A DNA stretch of 64,000 nt from assembly GCA_964651825.1 (NCBI GenBank), contig CAZYWK010000003.1:12143-76142 (forward strand), given 5' to 3'. The notes beneath the pieces are model-generated. The model searched no databases. It was not told the DNA's origin and saw only the letters and a list, made by a program, of their open reading frames with translations. Shown piece by piece: positions 19,898-29,207 of the stretch. The position numbers and the translations under genes were made by a program. Each line of letters begins with the position of its first letter. Positions within the stretch are counted from its first letter, which is position 1. The DNA comes from an uncultured Ilumatobacteraceae bacterium. Lineage in GTDB: Bacteria > Actinomycetota > Acidimicrobiia > Acidimicrobiales > Ilumatobacteraceae.

Positions 19898-20788
19898 ATG
19901 GGTGCCGACGAGTCGACCGTGTTGGCGGTGGTCATCGACCCGGTCCGACTGTCGGCCGGGATCGTGGATCCGGCGGGCGAGATACTCGTGCGCGACCGGA
20001 TCAGCACGCCGCGACGCCAGGTGTGGCGGGTGCTGGAGCAACTCATCGGCCGTGTGCTCGCGGCGGCCTCGGACGGTGTCGCCGCACCATCGTTCGTCGG
20101 CGTCAGCACCACCACGCCGTTCGACCTGAACGCCGGATCGGTGTCGCCCCACCTCGTGCCGGCGTGGCAGGCCTTTCCGCTGCGCACCTACCTCGAAGAT
20201 CTGACCGATCTGCCGGTCGTGATCGACTCGGCGGCGGCGGCCCTCGCCGAGGGGGAACGATGGCTCGGCGCAGCGGTCGACATCGACAGCTCGTTGACCC
20301 TCATGGTCGACGCGACCGTCGAGTCGGCCTGCATCGTCGCCGGACGGCGACTGCGCGGTGCCCAGGGAAATGCGGGTTCGATCGCCCATGCGGTCGTCGA
20401 GCCGGCGGGCGCCCCCTGCTGGTGCGGCGGGATCGGGTGCCTTGCGGCGCGGGCCTCGGCCACCGACCTCGAGCGGGAGATGAACCGCCCCCTGCGCCGA
20501 GCGACCGACACGATCATCGATCGCACCGGCATCCTCATCGGCCGGGCGATCGCCAGCACGATGGCCATCGTCGACGTGTCGACCGTGTTCATCACCGGCT
20601 CGGTCGTCGACACGTTCGGCGACCAACTGCTCGAAGCGATCCACCGCGAGGTGATGCTCCGGTCGCGCCTGACCCACCTCGGTGCATTTGCACTCGTCGA
20701 GCTCACCGACCCGGTACAACCGCTCGTGGCCGCCTCGGCGCTCGTGCGTGCCGACGTCCGCTCCGGCGTGCTGGCGACGTCGGACTGA
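19898..20788 (+). CDS. ROK-family protein (kinase or regulator)
   Basis: 296-aa C-terminal part of ORF 18542..20788. ROK-like Cys motif PCWCGGIGCL. Confidence 0.7.
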   Translation: MGADESTVLAVVIDPVRLSAGIVDPAGEILVRDRISTPRRQVWRVLEQLIGRVLAAASDGVAAPSFVGVSTTTPFDLNAGSVSPHLVPAWQAFPLRTYLEDLTDLPVVIDSAAAALAEGERWLGAAVDIDSSLTLMVDATVESACIVAGRRLRGAQGNAGSIAHAVVEPAGAPCWCGGIGCLAARASATDLEREMNRPLRRATDTIIDRTGILIGRAIASTMAIVDVSTVFITGSVVDTFGDQLLEAIHREVMLRSRLTHLGAFALVELTDPVQPLVAASALVRADVRSGVLATSD

Positions 20789-20841
20789 CAGCGCCGGCGC
20801 CGGGCTACCAGGCGGTAACCGCCGACGGTTAGCCTTCGCGC

Positions 20842-22059
20842 ATGCAGCCGACCTACTCCGCTGACGCCGACTCCTACCGGGAGAAGGTGCAGGCGTTCCT
20901 CGCCGAGAAGCTCCCCGCCGACTGGCAGGGCACCGGCGCCCTCGAGGGTGACGCGATCGACGAGTTCCTGGCCGCGTGGCGCAAGACGTTGCACGAGGCG
21001 AACTACCTCGCCCCTGGCTGGCCGGTCGAGTACGGCGGGGCCGGGCTCAGCTCGCTCGAGCAGGTGATCCTCGCCGAAGAGTTCGCCCGCGCCGGCGTGC
21101 CGACGGGCGGCCACAACGACGTGTTCGGCATCCAGATGCTCGGCAACACCATCCTCATGTGGGGCACCGAGGAACAGAAGCTCCACTACCTGCCCCGGAT
21201 CCTCTCGGGCGCCGATACGTGGTGCCAGGGTTACTCCGAGCCGGACGCCGGCTCCGACCTCGGAAACGTCGGCCTGCGGGCCGAGCTCGACGGCGACGAA
21301 TGGGTGCTCAACGGGCAGAAGATCTGGACCTCGGCCGGCCATCTCGCCGACCACATCTTCACCTTGGCGCGCACCGATCCCGACTCGCCGAAGCACAAGG
21401 GCATCTCGTTCCTGCTCGTGCCGATGGACCAGCCCGGCATCGAGGTGCGGCCGATCAAGATGATCTCCGGCGAGAGCGAGTTCAACGAGGTCTTCTACAC
21501 CGACGCACGGTGCCCCAAGGAGAACGTGCTCGGCGGGGTCAACAACGGCTGGGCGGTGGCGATGTCGTTGCTCGGCTACGAGCGTGGCGAGGCGGCGGCG
21601 ACCGGCCCGATCCGCTACGAGGCCGAGTTGGAGCGCCTGTTCGACCTGGCCCGCCAGTACGGCAAGGCTGACGACCCGATCATCCGCCAGCGGCTGGCGT
21701 GGTGCTACTCGAAGGTGCGCATCATGCGCTTCCTCGGGCAGCGCACCCTCACCCAGTTCCTCGCCGGCCACCACCCCGGGCCCGACGCGGCGATCTCCAA
21801 GCTGTACTGGAGCGAGTACCACAAGCTGGTCACCGAGCTGGCGGTCGACATCCTCGGTGCACATGCGCTGTACACCGCGGGCCGTCCGCCGTCATCCGCG
21901 TTCCAGACCGACGACCCGGGCGCGCCGAACTGCTCGGCATCGTGGGTGGGCACGTTCCTCAACGCCCGTGCCGGCACGATCTACGCCGGGTCGTCGCAGA
22001 TCCAGCGCAACATCATCGGCGAGATGATCCTCGGCCTGCCGAAGGAACCGCGCCCCTGA
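20842..22059 (+). CDS. acyl-CoA dehydrogenase
   Basis: 405 aa. WCQGYSEPDAGSDL and a C-terminal IYAGSSQIQRNIIGE motif. Confidence 0.9.
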   Translation: MQPTYSADADSYREKVQAFLAEKLPADWQGTGALEGDAIDEFLAAWRKTLHEANYLAPGWPVEYGGAGLSSLEQVILAEEFARAGVPTGGHNDVFGIQMLGNTILMWGTEEQKLHYLPRILSGADTWCQGYSEPDAGSDLGNVGLRAELDGDEWVLNGQKIWTSAGHLADHIFTLARTDPDSPKHKGISFLLVPMDQPGIEVRPIKMISGESEFNEVFYTDARCPKENVLGGVNNGWAVAMSLLGYERGEAAATGPIRYEAELERLFDLARQYGKADDPIIRQRLAWCYSKVRIMRFLGQRTLTQFLAGHHPGPDAAISKLYWSEYHKLVTELAVDILGAHALYTAGRPPSSAFQTDDPGAPNCSASWVGTFLNARAGTIYAGSSQIQRNIIGEMILGLPKEPRP

Positions 22060-22079
22060 ACGGTCGGCGGAACCAGACG

Positions 22080-22325
22080 ATGGTGCGCGTCGCTCTGGCT
22101 GTGTTCGGGCGCCCGTCGCTGTGGCCGACCGGGGTACGCCAGCTGCGGCGGATGGCACGGGTCGGGTGGTGGCGCCGGTGGCCGCTCCTGCCGCTGCCGT
22201 CGGCCGACTACCTGCGCTTCCGGATGATCACCCAATACGGCGACGCTGCGCACGCACCGGAGCCGTCAGATGTGGTGAACTACCTGCGATGGTGTCGCGA
22301 CTGGGAACACAGTCCTCGCCGCTGA
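22080..22325 (+). CDS. hypothetical small Trp/Arg-rich protein
   Basis: 81-aa tail of ORF 21699..22325, after the dehydrogenase stop. I recognise no family. Confidence 0.35.
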   Translation: MVRVALAVFGRPSLWPTGVRQLRRMARVGWWRRWPLLPLPSADYLRFRMITQYGDAAHAPEPSDVVNYLRWCRDWEHSPRR

Positions 22326-22350
22326 GACGCGGTCGGTAGGGTCCGAACCC

Positions 22351-22848
22351 ATGCGTAGCGCGCTCGTGCTCAATGCCAGCTTCGAGCCGCTCAGTGTCGT
22401 GTCCGCACAGCGGGCCACCTGCCTCGTGCTGGCCGAGAAGGCCGACCTCGTCGAGGACGATGGCCACGTGCTGCGCTCCGAGTCGCTCACCGTGCCGTGC
22501 CCGTCGGTGATCCGGCTGCGCTACATGGTGAAGGTGCCCTTCGTGCGCCGGGCTGCGCTCTCGCGCCGGGCGATCTTCGCCCGAGACGACCACCGCTGCC
22601 AGTACTGCGGCGAGCGCGCCGACTCGATCGACCACGTCGTTCCGCGGTCGAAGGGCGGGCCGCACACGTGGGAGAACGTGGCTGCGGCATGCCGGCCCTG
22701 CAACCTGACCAAGCGCGACCGCACCCCCGACGAGGCGGGGATGCGGCTGGCCCGGCCGTGCCGCGCCCCGCGGGCCACGGCATGGGTGATCGTGTCGGTC
22801 AGCGCGATCCCCGACACATGGCGTCCGTACCTGCCGGTCGCCTCCTGA
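22351..22848 (+). CDS. HNH endonuclease-domain protein
   Basis: 165 aa. HRCQYCG...DHVVPRSKGGPHTWENVAAACRPCN. Confidence 0.85.
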   Translation: MRSALVLNASFEPLSVVSAQRATCLVLAEKADLVEDDGHVLRSESLTVPCPSVIRLRYMVKVPFVRRAALSRRAIFARDDHRCQYCGERADSIDHVVPRSKGGPHTWENVAAACRPCNLTKRDRTPDEAGMRLARPCRAPRATAWVIVSVSAIPDTWRPYLPVAS

Positions 22849-22870
22849 GCCGCCGTCGCGCCGGCCGGTC

Positions 22871-23539
22871 GTGATCGACGTCGTCGTCGAGGGCACGACC
22901 GGCTCGGTCGAGGCTCTCCACCACCGACCGCTGCCCGAACCGCTGGTGCCGACGATCTGGGTGCACCACTTCGAGACGCCGGCGCTCGTGCTCGGTTCGA
23001 GCCAGGCTGACGCCGTCGTCGACCGGGACGCGTGCCGGCGCGCCGGGGTGGACGTGGTGCGCCGGCGGAGTGGGGGAGGCGCCGTGTTGCTCGTGCCGGG
23101 ACAGGTCGTGTGGATCGACGTGGTGCTCCCACGTGGCACCCGCGCTGCGCTCGACGACGTGCGGGCGGGGATGGTGTGGATCGGTTCGCTCGTACGCGAC
23201 GCCCTCGTCGCCGCAGCGCCAGCGCTCGCCGACCGGATGACCGTCCACGACGGGCCGCTCGTGGCGACGCCCTGGTCGGCGACGGTCTGCTTCGATGGCA
23301 TCGGGCCCGGCGAGGTGCTGCTCGACGGGAGCAAGCTCGTCGGGCTCAGCCAGCGCCTCACCCGCGAGGCGGCCCGCTTCCAGGCGAGTTGGCACACCGC
23401 GTACGACCCGGCAGCGCTCGTCGCCCTGCTGGCGCCCGAGTTCCGGGCGCCAGTCGGTGAGCTCCGCCCGGTTGCCACCGTCGATCCGGTGATCGGCTCC
23501 GTGGTCCGCGAACTCCTCGCCGGCGGCCTCCGCGGCTGA
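22871..23539 (+). CDS. biotin/lipoate A/B protein ligase family protein (LplA-like)
   Basis: RRRSGGGAVLL and KLVGLSQR (putative adenylate-binding lysine). Confidence 0.6.
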   Translation: MIDVVVEGTTGSVEALHHRPLPEPLVPTIWVHHFETPALVLGSSQADAVVDRDACRRAGVDVVRRRSGGGAVLLVPGQVVWIDVVLPRGTRAALDDVRAGMVWIGSLVRDALVAAAPALADRMTVHDGPLVATPWSATVCFDGIGPGEVLLDGSKLVGLSQRLTREAARFQASWHTAYDPAALVALLAPEFRAPVGELRPVATVDPVIGSVVRELLAGGLRG

Positions 23540-23615
23540 ACCGACCGATCGAAGCCCCGAGCGATGTCGTTGTGGGGCGCTGATGACGCTACATCGCCAT
23601 CGCTCGCGTCGAGGT

Positions 23616-23693
23616 TGGGATCGAATGGGGAGCGGATGGGGGCAAATGGTTGACTTTGGGGGAATTCGGGGGAAGAATGGGGATCGCTGGGGA
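23616..23693 (+). promoter_or_regulatory. array of eight phased (T/C)GG(G/T) boxes, candidate MraZ operator
   Basis: Boxes start at 23616, 23626, 23637, 23647, 23657, 23667, 23678 and 23688 (spacings 10, 11, 10, 10, 10, 11, 10). Most read TGGGGA. The array ends 84 nt upstream of mraZ. Confidence 0.55.
23650..23678 (+). promoter_or_regulatory. candidate dcw promoter (-35 TTGACT, 17-nt spacer, -10 AAGAAT)
   Basis: Hexamers at 23650-23655 and 23673-23678, embedded in the box array. The -10 is only a 4/6 match to TATAAT. Confidence 0.35.
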
Positions 23694-23776
23694 GGTGTCC
23701 TGCGAGACCCGGCGAGGCAGACGTTCGCGGGACGACCTTTCACAGGCGATCGAGCAGAGGAACGAGGACGCGGCGC

Positions 23777-24193
23777 GTGTTTGTCGGGGTACACGAGCGA
23801 CAGCTCGACGAGCGAGGGCGCGTGGCGCTGCCTTCGCCGTTCCGTGCCCAACTCGGCGAGCACTGCTACCTCTTCTTCGGCGACGACGGCTGTGTCACGG
23901 TGCGCAGCGAGGAGTCGTTCGAGACTCAGGCCGCCGAACTGATCGAGCAGGTCAAGCGGGGCGAGGCGTCGCGCGACCGCAAGCGTGCGTTCTCGTCGTC
24001 GACCGTGCTCGCGGCGATCGACAAGCAGGGCCGGATCACGCTCGACGCGCGGCTGCGCGAGCATGCGGCGATCGAGCAGCAGGCCGCGGTGATGGTGCTC
24101 GGCAACCTCGACCAGATCGAGATCTGGAACCCGGACGCGTACCGCCAGAGCGAAGCGACCGGCCAGGCCGAGATCGTCGGGGGCGTCCGATGA
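23777..24193 (+). CDS. mraZ: transcriptional regulator MraZ
   Basis: 138 aa. DERGRVALPSPFR and KQGRITLDARLR (duplicated SpoVT/AbrB-like halves). First gene of the dcw block. Confidence 0.9.
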   Translation: MFVGVHERQLDERGRVALPSPFRAQLGEHCYLFFGDDGCVTVRSEESFETQAAELIEQVKRGEASRDRKRAFSSSTVLAAIDKQGRITLDARLREHAAIEQQAAVMVLGNLDQIEIWNPDAYRQSEATGQAEIVGGVR

Positions 24194-25179
24194 GCCCCCT
24201 GGACGGAGACGGAACGCCGGCCCCGGCGGGGTTCGAGCACCGACCCGTGATGGTCGACGAGATCACCGAGCTGTTCGCCGCCGTTCCGCAGGGCACGGTG
24301 GTCGACGCCACCCTCGGTGGGGGAGGGCACAGCGCATCGTTGCTCCGTCACCACGACCAGATCGACGTGCTCGGCATCGACCAGGATCCCGAGGCACTCG
24401 CGGCCGCGACCCACACGCTCGCGGAGTTCGGCCCCCGGGTTCGCACCAGCCGTCGACGGTTCGACCAGATCGACGAGGCGCTCGACGAGCACGGGATCGA
24501 CGCGATCAGCGGGGCGCTGTTCGACCTCGGCGTGTCGTCGCCGCAGCTCGACCATGCCGACCGAGGGTTCTCGTACCGGCACGACGGCCCGCTCGACATG
24601 CGCATGGACACCGACCAGCCGTGGTCGGCGGCCGACGTCGTCAACGGCTACGACGAGCGCGCGCTCGCCGGTGTGATCCGTCGATACGGCGACGAGCGGT
24701 TCGCCTCGCGCATCGCCAAGGCGATCGTGGCGGCCCGCCCGCTGCAGTCGACGACCGAGCTCGCCGAAGTGGTGACCACGGCGATCCCGGCGGCCGCCCG
24801 CCGCCGTGGAGGCCATCCCGCCAAGCGGACGTTCCAGGCCATCCGCATCGAGGTGAACGGCGAGCTCGACGTGCTGCCGGCCGCCCTCGACCAGGCACTG
24901 GAGGCGACGATGACCGGTGGACGGATCGCGGTGCTCGCCTACCACTCCGGCGAGGACCGCATCGTCAAGGAGCGCTTCGCGCTCGCGGCGGGTGCGTGCG
25001 AGTGCCCGCCCGAGCTGCCGTGCGTGTGCGGCGCGGTCCAGACGGTCCGCCTCGTCCGCGGCGTCCCGAAGCGCCCGAGCGCATCCGAGCGCGAGACGAA
25101 CCGCCGCGCGGCATCGGCGCGGCTGCGCGTGGTGGAAAAGATCGACCCGATCGCCAACGCCGACCGGACGGATCGCTGA
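24190..25179 (+). CDS. rsmH: 16S rRNA (cytosine1402-N4)-methyltransferase
   Basis: 329 aa from the ATG in an ATGA overlap with the mraZ stop. HRPVMVDE and DATLGGGGHS motifs. Confidence 0.9.
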   Translation: MSPLDGDGTPAPAGFEHRPVMVDEITELFAAVPQGTVVDATLGGGGHSASLLRHHDQIDVLGIDQDPEALAAATHTLAEFGPRVRTSRRRFDQIDEALDEHGIDAISGALFDLGVSSPQLDHADRGFSYRHDGPLDMRMDTDQPWSAADVVNGYDERALAGVIRRYGDERFASRIAKAIVAARPLQSTTELAEVVTTAIPAAARRRGGHPAKRTFQAIRIEVNGELDVLPAALDQALEATMTGGRIAVLAYHSGEDRIVKERFALAAGACECPPELPCVCGAVQTVRLVRGVPKRPSASERETNRRAASARLRVVEKIDPIANADRTDR

Positions 25180-25778
25180 TGGCCGCTCCACTCCGTCGTG
25201 AGCAGCCACCGGCCCGGATCGCACCGGCGCGCTCCAATCCAGCGCGCACCACGTCGCGTTCGAACGTGTCGACGCGCACACGTGCACCGCGACAGCAGAC
25301 GGTTGCCAAACCGGCGCTGGTCGTGGTGCCGCGGCGCCGTCGCTGGCCCGCGGTCATCGCGGGCCTGGCGTGGACCACGCTGTGCGTGGGGCTGCTCGGA
25401 GCGGCGGTCTTCCACACACAGCTTGCCGAACGCCAGTTGCGCATCGATCGCCTCGACCGTGCCGTCGACCAGCAGCGCGAGTTGTTCGACGAGCTCCGCT
25501 ACGAGCGCGCCGAGCTCCGGTCGCCCGTCCGCCTCGCCGAGGCGGCCGGCGCCATGGGGATGGTGCGCGGCGATTCCAGCGACTTCGTGCGGGTCACACC
25601 CGAAGCCGTCGCGCGCCAGCTGGCGGCCGCCGGCAGCCTCGCCGACGCGACATCGCGGGTGATCATCGACACCGACCCGCTGCAGCAGTTCCGCGATGTC
25701 AAGGCGGTCACGGCCGGCGAACCGACCGATGACACCGGTGCGGAACCAGCACCCGAGTCGCCGGAGACACAGCCATGA
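25179..25778 (+). CDS. ftsL: FtsL-like cell division protein
   Basis: 199 aa. Basic tail, a single TM helix, then a coiled-coil-like region. Lies between rsmH and ftsI. Confidence 0.6.
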   Translation: MAAPLRREQPPARIAPARSNPARTTSRSNVSTRTRAPRQQTVAKPALVVVPRRRRWPAVIAGLAWTTLCVGLLGAAVFHTQLAERQLRIDRLDRAVDQQRELFDELRYERAELRSPVRLAEAAGAMGMVRGDSSDFVRVTPEAVARQLAAAGSLADATSRVIIDTDPLQQFRDVKAVTAGEPTDDTGAEPAPESPETQP

Positions 25779-27715
25779 CCGACCGCGTCGCCGCGCACCG
25801 GACCCACGGCACCTCGACATCGCGATCCGCCCCGGCCAAGCGTCGGGCCCCGGCCAAGCGCGCGGCTCCGGCCAAGCGCACCGCCGCGCCGAAGCGCGCC
25901 CCTGTGCCGACGCACAGCCATCGCAAGCACCCGCCGCAACGACGTGCGCGGGTGACCGCGCCGCCACCGAGGAAGCGGTCGCCACGCCGGCCCGGATCAC
26001 CCCGGTTCCGCCTGATCGTCGCGCTCGTCGTGGTCGTCGTCCTGCTGCTCGTGATCGTGGCTCGCGTCGCTGCCTTGCAGACGACCGAGGCCGAGGCCTA
26101 CCGTCAGCAGGGCGCTGCACAGTGGACCCGCACCTGGGCGATTCCTGCCCAGCGCGGCACGATCTTCGACCGCAACGGCAACGAGCTGTCGATCTCGGTC
26201 CCGGCGGCGACCATCTCGATCAACCCGAAGCTGATCGACAACGGTCCTGCCACGATCCAGCTCCTCGACGATCTGCTCGATCTCTCCGACGAGAAGGTCA
26301 ACGACCTCCTCGGCGAAGTAGCGAGCAAGCAGCGCGGGTTCGTCTACGTCGCCCGCCAGGTCGACGCCGCACTCGGCGATCAGATCGCCAGCCTCCGCCT
26401 CCCCGGCGTGAACGTCGACAGGGAGGACCGGCGGGAGATGCCGGGCGGCGAGACCGGCCGGAGCGTCATCGGCAAGACGAACATCGACGGTGCCGGCATC
26501 GCCGGCCTCGAGCTGCAGTACGACGAGCTCCTGACCGGAACGGGGGGCAAGATGTCGCGCGAGGTGGCCCCGGGGAACCGATCGATCCCCGGTAGCGAGA
26601 CCGTCACGGAGACGCCGATCCCGGGCGACGACCTCGTGCTCACCCTCGACCGCTCGATCCAGTTCTCGACGGAACAGGTGCTGCTCGAGAAGGTGACCGA
26701 GATCGGCGCTCGCGGCGCGACGGCGATCGTGATGGATACCGACACCGGTGAGATCTACGCGATGGCATCGGTGCGGATGAACGACGAGACCGGCCAGTAC
26801 GAGGTCACGTCCGGCAACTACGCCGCGGTCGACGCCTACGAACCGGGATCGGTGGCCAAGGTCATCACGGTGTCGAGTGCGTTGAGCGAGGGCCTCGTCA
26901 CGCCCGACACGTCGTTCGAGGTGCCGTGGCGCAAGCAGTACTACGACGATTTGCTGACCGACGCCGAGCAGCACCCTGACGAGTGGCTGTCGGTCTCGCA
27001 GATCCTCATCAAGTCGTCGAACATCGGGACGATCACGGTGCAAGAGACGATGGGTCGCTGGAAGCATCGCGACTACATGGCGGCCTTCGGGCTGGGCGAG
27101 AAGACCGCCCTCGACTTCCCCGGTGAATCGTCGGGGATCCTCAAGGAGGCCGACGACCTGTGGGGCAGCGAGCGCGTCACGGTCGCGTACGGGCAAGGCG
27201 TGGCAAGTACGTCCCTGCAGCTCGTGACGGCGGTCAACACGATCGCCAACGGTGGCGTGTATGTGGCCCCGAAGCTGGTCAGCGCCGTGGTCGGGCCCGA
27301 CGGCACGATGACCGACACCCCGCCGTCGGAGTCGCGCGTCGTCGTGTCGTCGGCAGCGGCCGCACAGACGACCGAGATGATGCGCCAGGTCGTCTGTCAG
27401 GGCACCGCCACCCGGGCCCAGGTCGAGGGCCTCTCCATCGCCGGCAAGACCGGCACGGCCTTCAAGGCGGCCGACAACGGCACGTACTACAACGAGAACG
27501 GTGAGCGCATCTACTACGCGAGCTTCGTCGGCTTCTTCCCGGCCGACGATCCGCAGGTGACCGTGCTCGTGTCGGTCGACGAGCCGCCGGCCGGCACGTT
27601 CGACCGCTTCGGTGGAACCGCCGCCGCGCCCGTGTTCGCCGAGTTGGCCCCCACGCTGATCCACGAGCTCGGCATCGTGCCCAACGAGGGCGCCCCGACC
27701 TGTGCGCCCGAATGA
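25775..27715 (+). CDS. ftsI: class B penicillin-binding protein (FtsI/PBP3-like transpeptidase)
   Basis: 646 aa. SxxK (SVAK), SSN and KTGT motifs. N-terminal basic tail plus a TM helix. Confidence 0.9.
   Translation: MTDRVAAHRTHGTSTSRSAPAKRRAPAKRAAPAKRTAAPKRAPVPTHSHRKHPPQRRARVTAPPPRKRSPRRPGSPRFRLIVALVVVVVLLLVIVARVAALQTTEAEAYRQQGAAQWTRTWAIPAQRGTIFDRNGNELSISVPAATISINPKLIDNGPATIQLLDDLLDLSDEKVNDLLGEVASKQRGFVYVARQVDAALGDQIASLRLPGVNVDREDRREMPGGETGRSVIGKTNIDGAGIAGLELQYDELLTGTGGKMSREVAPGNRSIPGSETVTETPIPGDDLVLTLDRSIQFSTEQVLLEKVTEIGARGATAIVMDTDTGEIYAMASVRMNDETGQYEVTSGNYAAVDAYEPGSVAKVITVSSALSEGLVTPDTSFEVPWRKQYYDDLLTDAEQHPDEWLSVSQILIKSSNIGTITVQETMGRWKHRDYMAAFGLGEKTALDFPGESSGILKEADDLWGSERVTVAYGQGVASTSLQLVTAVNTIANGGVYVAPKLVSAVVGPDGTMTDTPPSESRVVVSSAAAAQTTEMMRQVVCQGTATRAQVEGLSIAGKTGTAFKAADNGTYYNENGERIYYASFVGFFPADDPQVTVLVSVDEPPAGTFDRFGGTAAAPVFAELAPTLIHELGIVPNEGAPTCAPE
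25829..25900 (+). repeat. in-frame 4 x 18-nt tandem repeat encoding (APAKRx)4 in the FtsI cytoplasmic tail
   Basis: gccccggccaagcgtcgg / gccccggccaagcgcgcg / gctccggccaagcgcacc / gccgcgccgaagcgcgcc. Confidence 0.8.
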
Positions 27716-27734
27716 GCGAGGACGTGAGCGAGCG

Positions 27735-29207
27735 ATGATCTCTCTCGGCGCACTTCGAGACGAGCTCCAACTGCGGGCGCCGGCCCTCGCCGTCCGCATC
27801 GTCGCCGCCACGGACGCCATGACGATCGCCGTGACGATCGACGCGGTGACGCACGACTCGCGTGAGGTGTCCCCCGGCGCGTTGTTCGCGTGCCTGCGCG
27901 GCGGAGTCTTCGACGGACACGACTATGCCGCTGGTGCGGTGGCCGCCGGCGCCGTCGCTCTGCTGGTCGACCACGAGCTCGACACCGCCGGAGCGGTCCC
28001 CCAGATCGTCGTCGACGACACGCGGAGCGCGATCGGCCCGATCGCGGCCGCCGTGTACGGGTCTCCGAGCCGGGCGTTGACGACCGTCGGCATCACGGGC
28101 ACCAACGGCAAGACGACGACGGCACACCTCCTCGCCGCGATCTTCGACGAGCAGGGCTGGTCGACCGGGATCATCGGGACGCTGCACGGGACGCGCACGA
28201 CCCCCGAAGCACCGGAGCTCCAATCCACCCTCGCGTCGTTCCGCGACTCCGGGCGGGCGGCGGCGGTGATGGAAGTGTCGTCGCACGCGTTGGCCCTTCA
28301 CCGCGTCGACGGCACCGAGTTCGACGCCGCGGTGTTCACCAACCTCGGCCGCGACCACCTCGACCTGCACGGCTCGACCGAGGAGTACTTCCGGGCCAAG
28401 GCGCGGTTGTTCGATCCGGCGTTCACGCCGCTGGCCGTGGTGAACGTCGACGACACGTACGGCCGCCTGCTCGCCGACACCCTCGATGACAACGCCGATC
28501 TGCGCGTCGTGCGCGTGTCGGTCGGCGACATCGAGGACCTGCAGGTCGACGGCACCGCGCACTCGTACCGGTGGCGCGGGCGACAGGTGACGGTGCCGAT
28601 CGGTGGACGGTTCAACGTGGCGAACTCGCTCGCCGCCCTCGTCGTCGCCGTCGAGGTCGGTGTGGACGTCGATGTGGCGGTCGTGGGGCTGTCGAACGTC
28701 GAGCCCATCCCGGGCCGCTTCGAAGCCGTCCCGGCGGCAACCGAACGGGACCTGACCGTGATCGTCGATTACGCCCACACCCCCGACGGGCTGGCCGAGG
28801 TACTCGCCTCGGCGCGCACGGTCGCCGCGCCCGGCGCTGCAGTGACGGTCGTGTTCGGCGCCGGTGGCGAGCGAGACCGCGACAAGCGGCCGGAGATGGG
28901 CGCCGTCGCCGCCCGGCTCGCGGATCGTGTGGTCGTGACGTCGGACAATCCGCGCGGTGAGGACCCGAAGGCGATCATCGGTGACATCCTCAGCGGCATG
29001 GACGACAACTCCGGCCCGTCGGCCACCGAGATCGTGATCGAGGTCGACCGTCGAACGGCGATCGCCCGCGCGCTCGAGGTCACCGTGCAAGGTGACGTGC
29101 TCGTGATCGCCGGCAAGGGGCACGAGCACACGCAGGATCTCGGCGACCGGGTCGTCGACTTCGACGACCGCGTCGTGGTGACCGAGCTGCTGGGAGCCGG
29201 CGCGTGA
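27735..29207 (+). CDS. murE: UDP-MurNAc-L-Ala-D-Glu:meso-DAP ligase
   Basis: GTNGKTTT P-loop. DNPR motif, which indicates meso-DAP specificity. The start is either 27702 or 27735. Confidence 0.9.
   Translation: MISLGALRDELQLRAPALAVRIVAATDAMTIAVTIDAVTHDSREVSPGALFACLRGGVFDGHDYAAGAVAAGAVALLVDHELDTAGAVPQIVVDDTRSAIGPIAAAVYGSPSRALTTVGITGTNGKTTTAHLLAAIFDEQGWSTGIIGTLHGTRTTPEAPELQSTLASFRDSGRAAAVMEVSSHALALHRVDGTEFDAAVFTNLGRDHLDLHGSTEEYFRAKARLFDPAFTPLAVVNVDDTYGRLLADTLDDNADLRVVRVSVGDIEDLQVDGTAHSYRWRGRQVTVPIGGRFNVANSLAALVVAVEVGVDVDVAVVGLSNVEPIPGRFEAVPAATERDLTVIVDYAHTPDGLAEVLASARTVAAPGAAVTVVFGAGGERDRDKRPEMGAVAARLADRVVVTSDNPRGEDPKAIIGDILSGMDDNSGPSATEIVIEVDRRTAIARALEVTVQGDVLVIAGKGHEHTQDLGDRVVDFDDRVVVTELLGAGA

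Noticed and set aside
22351-22848. Free-standing HNH endonuclease as a mobile homing element
   Set aside because: It has no flanking repeats and no disrupted host gene. It is tightly packed between housekeeping genes on the same strand, so it looks like a conserved resident gene.
23650-24189. N-terminal extension of the rsmH ORF running across the mraZ region
   Set aside because: It overlaps mraZ in another frame and covers the promoter/operator array. RsmH homology begins at the ATG at 24190, which overlaps the mraZ stop.
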